Positions 49,924 to 58,722 of a DNA stretch of 64,000 nt are shown piece after piece; position 1 is the first letter of the stretch; each line of letters starts with the position of its first letter. Source of the DNA: an uncultured delta proteobacterium. GTDB taxonomy: Bacteria; Desulfobacterota; Binatia; UBA9968. Below the pieces are notes generated by a model. It searched no databases. It had not been told where the DNA came from and was given only the letters and a program-made list of their open reading frames with translations. The stretch covers positions 128,001 through 192,000 of the forward strand of contig CAVTUQ010000022.1 in NCBI GenBank assembly GCA_963737905.1, given 5' to 3'. Position numbers and translations under genes: made by a program.

Positions 49924-50124
49924 GTTCTTGTGGGCTTGAATTTCAGGATGCGCTTCTGGCGATGCCACTGGGTCGAAGGTAACACCCTCGGTTCTACGGC
50001 GGATGCGTGAAGTCCGCCATTTGCGAGAGTCAAAAGCTGTAAACTGGTAAACTAATCGCAACAGAAGCAGCGTAGACACACGCAGTGCAAACGGAAATAT
50101 CAGGTTGTATTTCAGGACAAGAAT
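49924..50124 (+). ncRNA. Candidate ~200-nt structured non-coding RNA (family unknown)
   Basis: ttcttgt/acaagaa end pairing, gcttctg-gcgat/atcgc-cagaagc inner stem, ggcgga/tccgcc hairpin; TTGACC-18-CAAGTT upstream. Confidence 0.5.
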
Positions 50125-50141
50125 GGAACCCGCGGGGATTG

Positions 50142-50227
50142 CACCGCCGAGGCGCGGAGGACGCGGAGTAAAGAGTTCTTGATAAACGAAATCTCCGATC
50201 TCTGCGAACCCTTTGCCTCGGTGGTGA
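50142..50227. repeat. REP-like inverted element (gcgcggag/ctctgcg family)
   Basis: caccgccgaggc ... gcctcggtggtg arms; half-copies of the family near 2712, 5008, 8782 and 14806. Confidence 0.7.
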
Positions 50228-50500
50228 ATATTCTTCACAGAAAACTCGGAATAACCAAAATCTTTTTCCGGCTTTGAGAATTTGCTTGAAACTGCTTTGC
50301 TGCCTTGGCTCTCCGGGATAATAGAACCTGTTGCCCGATGTGGCGCTCGCGGCGAAGCTATAAAACCCGCGAGACGAAATGGCATCTTTCTCGTTTGACT
50401 GTCCATAAATCCCCTTGCAAGGACGCTAAACTTGTGTAATAAAAAATTATCTAGCAAAACGGCTTTTCATAGATGTGTCGGGAAAGGAGGTGAACTCAGG

Positions 50501-50728
50501 ATGGGAAAGAGAATCGTTTTATTGTCGGGAACAACCCTCTTCGCTTTGATGTTAACCTTTGCAGGGTGCGGTAAAAAGGAGGAGCCAGCTCCACCTCCCC
50601 CGCCGCCGCCAGCGGCGCCAGCGCCGGCAGAACCGGCGGCACCAACTGGTGAAATGAAGGCCCCCGCCGATCAGCCTTCGGGCGGAGCGCCGATGGAAAA
50701 GAAGGACGAGGAAACTAAAACCAAGTAA
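50501..50728 (+). CDS. Small proline-rich lipoprotein
   Basis: AAGGAGGTG RBS; lipobox FAGC; PAPPPPPPPAAPAP tract. Confidence 0.75.
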   Translation: MGKRIVLLSGTTLFALMLTFAGCGKKEEPAPPPPPPPAAPAPAEPAAPTGEMKAPADQPSGGAPMEKKDEETKTK

Positions 50729-50763
50729 AGGTGAATTAACCTTACCGCGGTTTTTGATAACCG

Positions 50764-50798
50764 AAAAAGGGGAAGGGTTTATATCCTTCCCCTTTTTT
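50764..50798 (+). terminator. Bidirectional intrinsic terminator
   Basis: aaaaaggggaagg-loop-ccttcccctttttt. Confidence 0.8.
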
Positions 50799-50824
50799 GC
50801 AATCTTGGTCCGGGGTAGTGGCTT

Positions 50825-51547
50825 TTGGCGACAGATTCCTACATGACCTTAACCGAGCACCTGGAGGAGCTCCGCTGGTGCTTGCTCAAATCTTTGGCCG
50901 CGATAATTTTAGCCTCTGGACTCTGTTATTTTTTTTCAGATGCAATTTTCAAGATCATGGTAGCCCCGCTTCGACAGAACCTTCGCCCGGGGCAAAGTTT
51001 GATTGGGACCGGAGTCACCGAAGCATTTTTCACTCAAATCAAGGTCGCTTTGGTCGGGGGAGTTTTTTTCTCCTCCCCGGTTATTTTCTATCAGATCTGG
51101 CGGTTTATTGCTCCGGGTCTTTCGGGGGGCGAGAGGAGGCTGGTCTTTCCGTTCGTCTTGTGTGCAACGCTTTTTTTTCTGGGCGGGGCCTTTTTTTGCT
51201 ACCGGATCGTTCTTCCGGTTGCGTTTCAGTATTTCATCGAGCAATACGGAACGATCGATGTAACTCCGGCTATACGCATCGGGGAGTATTTCACCTTTTT
51301 TTTTCGTATGATCTTGGCCTTTGGCGTGACGTTTGAGTTGCCGGTTTTTACATTTTTTCTGGTGCGTTTGGGCATCTGGAATTACCGTCTCATGCTCCGT
51401 ACTTTCCGCTATGCTATCGTTATCATATTTATTGTGGCTGCCATCTTGACGCCGACGCCGGATGTTATTAATCAATCTCTCCTAGCGGGTCCGATGCTCC
51501 TGCTCTACATCGTCAGTATCGGAGTAGCTTACATTTGGCGTAAATAA
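50825..51547 (+). CDS. tatC: Twin-arginine translocase subunit C
   Basis: EHLEELR, YQIWRFIAPGL, FGVTFELP, LTPTPD. Confidence 0.95.
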   Translation: MATDSYMTLTEHLEELRWCLLKSLAAIILASGLCYFFSDAIFKIMVAPLRQNLRPGQSLIGTGVTEAFFTQIKVALVGGVFFSSPVIFYQIWRFIAPGLSGGERRLVFPFVLCATLFFLGGAFFCYRIVLPVAFQYFIEQYGTIDVTPAIRIGEYFTFFFRMILAFGVTFELPVFTFFLVRLGIWNYRLMLRTFRYAIVIIFIVAAILTPTPDVINQSLLAGPMLLLYIVSIGVAYIWRK

Positions 51548-51590
51548 ACCCTGTGAATGCATATCAATTGAGAAGGGGTGATTAAACATC

Positions 51591-53714
51591 ATGATCCTAC
51601 TGGTTATTGCGATTAGCTGTTTTTCTTTGCTGTTTGCGGTTTACCTTGCCCGTTACGTCCTTCAACGCGAGATGGGCACCGAGAAGATGCAAGAGATCTC
51701 CAACGCAATCAAAGAGGGCGCCGAGGCATTTCTGTCGCGGCAGAACCGGACGATCGCGTTCTTTTCCGCAGTGCTGGCGATTTTGATCTTTTTGCTTTAC
51801 GCCTATGTGAGGACGCCTAGTCCAGTGGATCCGATGCCACCGGTAGAGATGGCTTTCTGGACGACGTTCTCCTTTGTGCTCGGGGCGCTCTGTTCTGTGA
51901 TCGCGGGTTACATTGGCATGTGGGTTTCCATCCGGGCGAATATTCGAACGGCCGCGGCAGTTCGAACGAGCTTGAACGAAGGGCTGCAGATCGCGATGCG
52001 AGGTGGCGCGGTGTCCGGACTCTTCGTTGTCTCCATGAGCTTGCTGGGGGTCGGAGGCCTTTATTACTTACTTGAAGCACTGGGTCACGATCCGCAAAAG
52101 ATTCCTTTTACGATCGTCGGTTACGGCTTCGGCGCCTCTTTTGTCGCTCTTTTCGCCCAGCTTGGTGGCGGCATCTATACCAAAGCGGCAGATGTTGGAG
52201 CGGATCTAGTGGGGAAAGTGGAAGCGGGCATTCCCGAGGACGATCCTCGGAATCCGGCGGTTATTGCCGATCTGGTGGGCGATAATGTCGGTGATTGCGC
52301 CGGTCGTGGAGCCGACCTCTTCGAATCCACCGCGGCTGAGAATATCGGTGCCATGATTCTCGGAGTCGGGCTGTATCCGTTCTTCGGGTTGAAGGGGATT
52401 CTCTTTCCGCTCGTCGCCCGCGCCTTCGGTCTGATCGCTTCCATCGTGGGCGTCATGATCGTAAAGTGCGGCGAAAATGAAGATCCGATGAAAGCGCTTA
52501 ACCGCGGCTATTATGTGACCAGTGCCTTGGCCATCGTCGGGTTTTTCTTTGCCGCGCAGTGGCTGCTCGCCGTCGATCCCGCAAAGCATTCGGAAGCGAC
52601 CTCGGCGTGGTTCTATTTTTTCCTTTGCGGCGTTATCGGCATTGCCATGGCGCAGGCCTTTGTCTATATCACGCAGTACTATACGGAATACAAATACCGT
52701 CCGGTCAAATCTATCGCGGAAGCTTCTCAGACCGGCCCGGCGACGAATATTATCGCCGGTATGGCAGTGGGGCTGGAGTGCGTGGCCGTTCCGGTGATCG
52801 TAATCTCGGTGGCCATCCTGGCGTCCTATCATCTGGGCAATCTTAGCGGGGTGCCTCATGCGGGGCTATTTGGTACTGCGGTCGCAACCATGGGAATGCT
52901 CGGAACGGCAGCCTATGTTCTCGCCATGGATACCTTCGGACCCATTACGGACAACGCCGGGGGTATCATAGAGATGAGCGGACAGCCTGAAGAGGTACGC
53001 CATAAAACTGACCGACTCGATGCGGTGGGCAACACCACGAAGGCACTCACCAAGGGTTACGCTATCGGTTCGGCTGCCCTTGCTGCCTTCCTCCTCTTCT
53101 CAGCCTACCTCGATGAAGTGGCACACTATGGCAGCAAACTGCTGTCCGTCAACATTGCCAAACCGGAAGTCTTCGTTGGAGGGTTGTTAGGCGCGATGTT
53201 AGTATTTCTGTTTTCGGCTTTGGCGATTCGGGCAGTGGGCAAGGCAGCCTACTACGTGATCAACGAGGTTAGACGGCAGTTCAAGGAAAATCCCAACATA
53301 TTGAAGGGGACCGCTAAACCCGATTACGGCCGCTGCGTCGACATCGTGACGGTCGGGGCGCTGAAAGAGATGGTGCTTCCGGGTCTGATCGCCGTGGGTA
53401 TGCCGATAGCGGTGGGTGTCATATTCCGCTTCTTCGGTCTGGGCGCCGAGGTCGTGGCGGCGTTTTTGATGGTGGGGACCATTGCCGGGATTTTGATGGC
53501 AACGTTCCTGAATAACAGCGGCGGTGCCTGGGACAACGCCAAGAAGTTCATCGAAACAGGGGCCTATGGGGGGAAAGGTTCCGAGACGCATAAGGCGGCC
53601 GTTGTCGGCGATACGGTCGGAGATCCTTTTAAGGATACCGCCGGTCCTAGCCTGCACGTTCTAATCAAGCTCCTTGCCACGATCACATTAGTCTTGGCGC
53701 CACTGTTCGTTTAG
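51591..53714 (+). CDS. hppA: Membrane pyrophosphatase, predicted K+-independent H+ pump
   Basis: [48 protein letters not shown]. Confidence 0.93.
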   Translation: MILLVIAISCFSLLFAVYLARYVLQREMGTEKMQEISNAIKEGAEAFLSRQNRTIAFFSAVLAILIFLLYAYVRTPSPVDPMPPVEMAFWTTFSFVLGALCSVIAGYIGMWVSIRANIRTAAAVRTSLNEGLQIAMRGGAVSGLFVVSMSLLGVGGLYYLLEALGHDPQKIPFTIVGYGFGASFVALFAQLGGGIYTKAADVGADLVGKVEAGIPEDDPRNPAVIADLVGDNVGDCAGRGADLFESTAAENIGAMILGVGLYPFFGLKGILFPLVARAFGLIASIVGVMIVKCGENEDPMKALNRGYYVTSALAIVGFFFAAQWLLAVDPAKHSEATSAWFYFFLCGVIGIAMAQAFVYITQYYTEYKYRPVKSIAEASQTGPATNIIAGMAVGLECVAVPVIVISVAILASYHLGNLSGVPHAGLFGTAVATMGMLGTAAYVLAMDTFGPITDNAGGIIEMSGQPEEVRHKTDRLDAVGNTTKALTKGYAIGSAALAAFLLFSAYLDEVAHYGSKLLSVNIAKPEVFVGGLLGAMLVFLFSALAIRAVGKAAYYVINEVRRQFKENPNILKGTAKPDYGRCVDIVTVGALKEMVLPGLIAVGMPIAVGVIFRFFGLGAEVVAAFLMVGTIAGILMATFLNNSGGAWDNAKKFIETGAYGGKGSETHKAAVVGDTVGDPFKDTAGPSLHVLIKLLATITLVLAPLFV

Positions 53715-53729
53715 GCTAATTTCCTTTGG

Positions 53730-53762
53730 AGCAGGCCTCCCGCATGAGAGGCCTGCTTGTTT
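53730..53762 (+). terminator. Hairpin terminator after hppA
   Basis: agcaggcctc...gaggcctgct followed by tgttt. Confidence 0.6.
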
Positions 53763-53814
53763 CAGGCGCCGATAAGTTTCAATCTCCGTTTCGTTTTCGT
53801 ATGATCGGTCCGGT

Positions 53815-53905
53815 GCCCGGATGGTGGAATTGGTAGACACACGGGACTTAAAATCCCGAGGACCCGGAAGGGTCCGTGCCGGTTCGAGTCCGGCTCCGGG
53901 CACCA
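53815..53905 (+). tRNA. tRNA-Leu (anticodon UAA)
   Basis: GCCCGGA/TCCGGGC acceptor stem, D-loop GGAATTGGTAGAC, CT-TAA-AA anticodon loop, long variable arm, GGTTCGAGTCC, encoded ACCA. Confidence 0.95.
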
Positions 53906-54016
53906 AAATGACAGGAAATACGGTTTACAATAATCTTTGTAGGCCAGAATGACCTGCAGTCCTTTCTGGGTTGGGCCAAGCTTTGAAAACCGAGTGTTAT
54001 GTCATAGAGTGAGAAG

Positions 54017-55048
54017 TTGATGGAGCAACCTAAAGTTAGCTTGGCCGATATTGAGGCGCAGATTGGGGCATGGCTGCGTGAGCAATCCGGCTCCGGCAAT
54101 GACGTTCTGATCGGCGAAATCATTCGGACGATTATCAGATTGGCGGGGGATGGAACGAGCCGCGGGGATCTCAAAATTCTCAATCGCACGCTGAAAGAAC
54201 TGCGCAATGCTTTCAAAGTTTTTGCGCCCTATAGCGCAGTCCGCAAAGTGAGCATTTTTGGCTCCACCCATATAAAAGAAGATGATCCGTACTATCAGTT
54301 GGCCAAACAGCTTGCGGACCGGCTGTCCCAAGAGGGGTTTATGGTTATTACCGGCGCCGGACCGGGAATTATGCAGGCCGGCCATGAGGGGGCGGGACGG
54401 GAGAAGAGTTTTGGCGTCAACATCCGTTTGCCCGCGGCACAGCAGGCAAACCGGTTTATCAAAGACGATGCCAAACTGATGAGCTTTCATTTCTTCTTTA
54501 CCCGCAAGCTCATGTTTGTGAAGGAGGCGGATGCGGTGGTTATATTCCCGGGCGGATTTGGCACCCACGACGAGCTCACGGAGGCGCTCACGTTGGCGCA
54601 AACCGGTAAGAGCCAAATCGTGCCAATCATTCTCATGGATCTTTTCGACAAGCCCTATTGGCAACAGTGGGAAAAGTTCTTGCGGGAAGCCATGCTGAGC
54701 CGCGGCTATATTACTGGCAAGGAGTTTAGTTTCTTCAAAATCATGGACAGCGTCGAGGCGGCGTTGGGCGAGATCCAGACGTTTTACCGCAATTTTCACT
54801 CCTATCGCTTTGTGAAGCGGGACTTGGTGATTCGTCTCAACCATCCGCCGACCCCCGGTCTCATCGACACGTTGAATCAAGCGTTTGCAGATATTCTCAC
54901 GGGCGGTAAGATCACGCAGACAGACCCGTTGGCTGAGGAAGCGGACGATCCGGGCACATTGCATCTATATCGTCTATCGGTTCCTTTTAAGCGCGAGGAT
55001 TTTGCGCGGCTGCGCCAGATGATCGATGTGATCAATAGCGGAGGTTAG
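54017..55048 (+). CDS. LOG-family (TIGR00730) Rossmann-fold nucleotide-binding protein
   Basis: VSIFGS, ITGAGPGIM, FFTRKLMF, FPGGFGTHDE. Confidence 0.88.
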   Translation: MMEQPKVSLADIEAQIGAWLREQSGSGNDVLIGEIIRTIIRLAGDGTSRGDLKILNRTLKELRNAFKVFAPYSAVRKVSIFGSTHIKEDDPYYQLAKQLADRLSQEGFMVITGAGPGIMQAGHEGAGREKSFGVNIRLPAAQQANRFIKDDAKLMSFHFFFTRKLMFVKEADAVVIFPGGFGTHDELTEALTLAQTGKSQIVPIILMDLFDKPYWQQWEKFLREAMLSRGYITGKEFSFFKIMDSVEAALGEIQTFYRNFHSYRFVKRDLVIRLNHPPTPGLIDTLNQAFADILTGGKITQTDPLAEEADDPGTLHLYRLSVPFKREDFARLRQMIDVINSGG

Positions 55049-55066
55049 TGGAAAGGAGCGCGAACT

Positions 55067-55996
55067 ATGGGGTTTCAACGCATCGGTATATTGAGCATCG
55101 GTGAGATGGGTTATCACTGGGCCAAGATTCTAACAGCTCAGGGGGTCGAGGTCCTGACCTACGCTAAAGACCGTAGCGAGACGACCCGGAAACGGGTAGA
55201 GAACGTCGGTGTGAAATGCGTGGCGTCCGTAGCGGTCCTGGTCAAAGATGCCGATCTGATCGTTTCCATTGTCGTCCCGTCCGCGGCGAAACGTGTAGCA
55301 ACCCAAGTTGCAAAAGCGGCTGCCCGGTCGGAGCGCAGGAATCTTCTCTATTTGGACGCCAACGCGATTTCTCCCATGACCGCGGATCAGATCGGCAAGG
55401 TTCTCGAACCCAGCGGGGTTAGCTTTGTGGATGGTTGTATCATCGGATCCGCAACCAAGATGGATAAAGGTGCGGTGGTTTACGTGTCCGGACCCCAGGC
55501 AGCGACTATTCAAGCACTTCAGTCTTACGGCTTTTCGGTCAAGGTTCTCGGGCCGCGGATCGCTCAGGCGTCGGCGTTCAAGGTCGTTTATGCCGGTTTG
55601 ACGAAAGGGCTACAGGGACTTTTTGTCGAGCTCTTGATGGGTGCCAGAAAATTTGGTTTGCTCGACGAAATTTTAAAGCGTTACGAGGAGAGTTTCCCAG
55701 GGTTGTTAGATAAAGTGACTTCGAGTATCGTCGGTTTGCGTATCCACGCCGGCAGGCGCGCCGAGGAGATGGACGAACTGAAGCGGACTTTTAACCACCA
55801 CGGGATGAAGGCCTTCATGGCACCAGCGGTACAGAAGGTTCTGCAATCCATTGCCGAGTTGGAGGTCGGGAAGGCCTCCGAAACCGGCGGGCGCGAGGGC
55901 GACCTTTTGGCGACGCTTGAGCTGTTCTTTCAAAAGGGCCTGCTGCAGGAGCCGAAGGTATCGTCGTCCACGGAACCGATGCATGCGGCGGGCTAA
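55067..55996 (+). CDS. 6PGD/3-hydroxyacid dehydrogenase-like NAD(P)-binding protein (DUF1932-type C-terminus)
   Basis: IGILSIGEMG, YLDANAISP, VDGCIIG, ASAFK, HAGRRAEEM. Confidence 0.8.
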   Translation: MGFQRIGILSIGEMGYHWAKILTAQGVEVLTYAKDRSETTRKRVENVGVKCVASVAVLVKDADLIVSIVVPSAAKRVATQVAKAAARSERRNLLYLDANAISPMTADQIGKVLEPSGVSFVDGCIIGSATKMDKGAVVYVSGPQAATIQALQSYGFSVKVLGPRIAQASAFKVVYAGLTKGLQGLFVELLMGARKFGLLDEILKRYEESFPGLLDKVTSSIVGLRIHAGRRAEEMDELKRTFNHHGMKAFMAPAVQKVLQSIAELEVGKASETGGREGDLLATLELFFQKGLLQEPKVSSSTEPMHAAG

Positions 55997-56052
55997 GCGT
56001 GATCACGATTCAATCGTCAGTAGACATCTAAACCCAAGGGAGGACTTTTAAA

Positions 56053-57834
56053 GTGGCCAAAGCACAAAGCAAGGTAGAAAAGAAACAACCGCAGTACGGT
56101 TCGGACGTTGTTGTCGATTTAATGAAAGCTTTTGATATCGAGTACGCGGCTTTTAACCCGGGCGCAACGTTTCGCGGTATCCACGACTCCATCGTCAATT
56201 ACGGCGGCAACTACAAGCCGGAAGTCATCTTTTGCAATCACGAAGAGATCTCCGTGGCTGTGGCCCACGGTTTTGCCAAGGTCACGGGCAAGCCGATGAT
56301 CGCTATCGTGCACAATATGGTTGGTCTGCAGCACGCGAGCATGGCGATTTTCAATGCCTATATCGACCGGGTTCCGATCTTGGTCCTAGGGGGAACCGGC
56401 CCGATGAACACCAAACGCCGCCGTCCGCGCATCGACTGGATTCACACGGCACTGGTACAGGGCAACCAGGTGCGTGACTACGTCAAGTGGGACGATCAGC
56501 CCTATACCTTAGCCGACGTACCTGATTCTTTTATCCGTGGCTACCGCATCGCCACGACAGAGCCCATGGCGCCAATCTATATCAACTACGATGCGGATCT
56601 CCAGGAAGATGCGCTCACGTCTATTCTTGAGGTTCCCGATGTTAGCCGACATGCCCCGCCAGCGTCGATGCAGGCAAACCCCGAAGCGCTTCGAAAAGCG
56701 GCGGAAATGTTAGTCAATGCCCAAGCGCCGATCATCATCGCGGACACGCTGGGACGCCATCCCAAAACCGTGCCCGCGCTGATCGAGTTGGCGGAGCTTT
56801 TGGCGGCTCCGGTCATCGACAAAGGCGCCCGCTTTAATTTCCCCACGACCCATCCTTTGGATGCGACGGACGGCGCGCGGGAGTTGCTACAGAAGGCCGA
56901 TGCCATCTTGGCTCTCGATGTAGCGGATCTATTCGGCTCGTTGACAACGGTGAGCAAACAAACTCGAAACTGTGAGTATGTCACTTCGCCCAGCGTGAAG
57001 CTCATTAGCATCTCAATGAATGACATGCTGGTACACTCCTGGGCTAATGACTTTCAGGCGCTTCAGGCGCTGGATCTGCCCATGTGCGCGGACACCTCGG
57101 TCGCGGTACCGGAACTGACCCGACTGTGTCGTGAAGCCATCGGCAACGACGGCAAGACCAAGGCGGGCCGCGAGGCGCGGCGTCAGGAGCTCGGCGACAA
57201 GCACGACAGCCGACGCGCCAAATGGCTCGCGGATGCGCGCGCCAAGGGCTCCCAAAAGGAGATCTCGACCGCATGGCTGGCACTGGAACTCGGCGAAGTG
57301 ATCAAGAAAGAGGACTGGGTGCTGGTGAACGGCAATTCCAATGGGTGGGCGCGCCGGCTGTGGGATTTTACCAAACCGAACCAGTATCTCGGCGGCAGTG
57401 GCGGTGCCGGCCTCGGCTACGGACCGGGAGCGGTCATCGGCGCCGCCTTGGCACTGAAGGGTACGGGCAAATTTCCCGTCAGCATTCAGTCCGACGGCGA
57501 TATGTTGATGACTTCGAGCTCGCTATGGACTGCGGCCAAACATCGCATTCCGTTCCTCATGGTCATGCACAACAACCAGTCGTACTACAACTCGGAGGAA
57601 CATGGGATCGAAGTCGCAAAGTTCCGCAATCGTCCAGTGGAGAATGCGGGGATCGGAACCCACGTGGATGACCCGCCGGTGGACTTTGCCAAGATGGCGC
57701 AATCATTCGGCGTCAATGGAGAGGGGGCAGTCAGAAACCCGGCCGATCTGCGGCCAGCTCTCGAGCGCGGCCTGAAGTTCGTCAAGGAAAAACATCTTCC
57801 GTACCTGGTGGATGTGATTGCGGAGCCGCGTTGA
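56053..57834 (+). CDS. Thiamine pyrophosphate-dependent enzyme (AHAS/benzoylformate decarboxylase-like)
   Basis: NPGATFRGIHDS, CNHEE, HNMVGL, GLGYG, SDGD...HNN TPP motif. Confidence 0.88.
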   Translation: MAKAQSKVEKKQPQYGSDVVVDLMKAFDIEYAAFNPGATFRGIHDSIVNYGGNYKPEVIFCNHEEISVAVAHGFAKVTGKPMIAIVHNMVGLQHASMAIFNAYIDRVPILVLGGTGPMNTKRRRPRIDWIHTALVQGNQVRDYVKWDDQPYTLADVPDSFIRGYRIATTEPMAPIYINYDADLQEDALTSILEVPDVSRHAPPASMQANPEALRKAAEMLVNAQAPIIIADTLGRHPKTVPALIELAELLAAPVIDKGARFNFPTTHPLDATDGARELLQKADAILALDVADLFGSLTTVSKQTRNCEYVTSPSVKLISISMNDMLVHSWANDFQALQALDLPMCADTSVAVPELTRLCREAIGNDGKTKAGREARRQELGDKHDSRRAKWLADARAKGSQKEISTAWLALELGEVIKKEDWVLVNGNSNGWARRLWDFTKPNQYLGGSGGAGLGYGPGAVIGAALALKGTGKFPVSIQSDGDMLMTSSSLWTAAKHRIPFLMVMHNNQSYYNSEEHGIEVAKFRNRPVENAGIGTHVDDPPVDFAKMAQSFGVNGEGAVRNPADLRPALERGLKFVKEKHLPYLVDVIAEPR

Positions 57835-57853
57835 GTCGGTAGGGGTGTAGTAT

Positions 57854-58688
57854 TTGACCAACGATCCTTACAAAGACTTTCGTCAGGCCGTCGACCGAGC
57901 CGAAACTGAAATCGACCTCGGGCGGGCGGCCTTGACGATTGCCGCAGTCGGATTATCCCAATCTCGACATCGATACTTACGTTACTCGCATCGAGGAGTT
58001 AGCGTCTGCCGCAGAAGCGCGCTTGCGCGGAGAGGCCGATGCTTACCGATCCATCGCTGCCCTTAACCACGTCCTATTTCAGGAGCGCGGTTTTCACGGT
58101 AACCGCGAGCATTATTTTGATCCCAAGAATAGCTTCTTGAACGAAGTGCTCGACCGAAAGACCGGCATCCCGATCTCTCTTTCAGTTCTCTACATAGAAG
58201 TCGGGCAGAGGATCGGGCTGCCGCTTCACGGCGTCGGTTTCCCTGGCCACTTTTTGGTCAAGTATATCGGCGACAACGAGGACATCGTGGTCGACCCGTT
58301 CAACCGAGGAGAGATTCTGTCTGAGAATAGCCTCAAAATCATGCTCTATAGACTCTATGGCGGCACGATAGCCTTTGATCCCGACCTGATCGAGTCCATC
58401 AGCAAGAAACAGATCCTCAGAAGGATGCTCAACAATCTCAAAATCATATACTTGGGACAAGACGATCTTATCAAGGGATTGTCGGTTGTGGAGCATCTTG
58501 TGCTCTTAGATCCAGCCTCAGGGGAGGACATCCGGGATCGCGGGCTGATTTATTTGCGGCTTGAATGCTTCAGGCAAGCGCTGGAAGATCTTGAGAGTTA
58601 CCTTCGTCTCGCGCCGCATGCCAAAGATGCGCAAGCCGTAAAAGAGCAAGTCGCAGTCCTAGCAAAGCAGGTCGCGCAGATTCACTAG
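57854..58688 (+). CDS. SirB1/transglutaminase-like protein with TPR (indel at ~57945)
   Basis: IDLGRAALTIA then YFDPKNSFLNEVLDRKTGIPISL, GFPGHFL, RMLNNLK, RDRGL. Confidence 0.85.
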
Positions 58689-58722
58689 AGGTGAGATGTT
58701 TGGTTAAACCGAGCGATCGAAC

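Noticed and set aside
49964-49980. gccactgggtcgaagg resembling a cobalamin riboswitch B12 box
   Set aside because: The other conserved elements (GGGAA, T-loop, ACTG/CCC/AACTGT) are missing and no B12 gene follows.
49918-50457. 179-aa minus-strand ORF in the rpsT-tatC gap
   Set aside because: No recognisable motifs, crosses a REP-like element and has no RBS; an RNA-structure explanation fits better.
53815-54016. tRNA-Leu as an integration site for an island
   Set aside because: No integrase, no duplicated tRNA 3' end and no compositional shift seen downstream.
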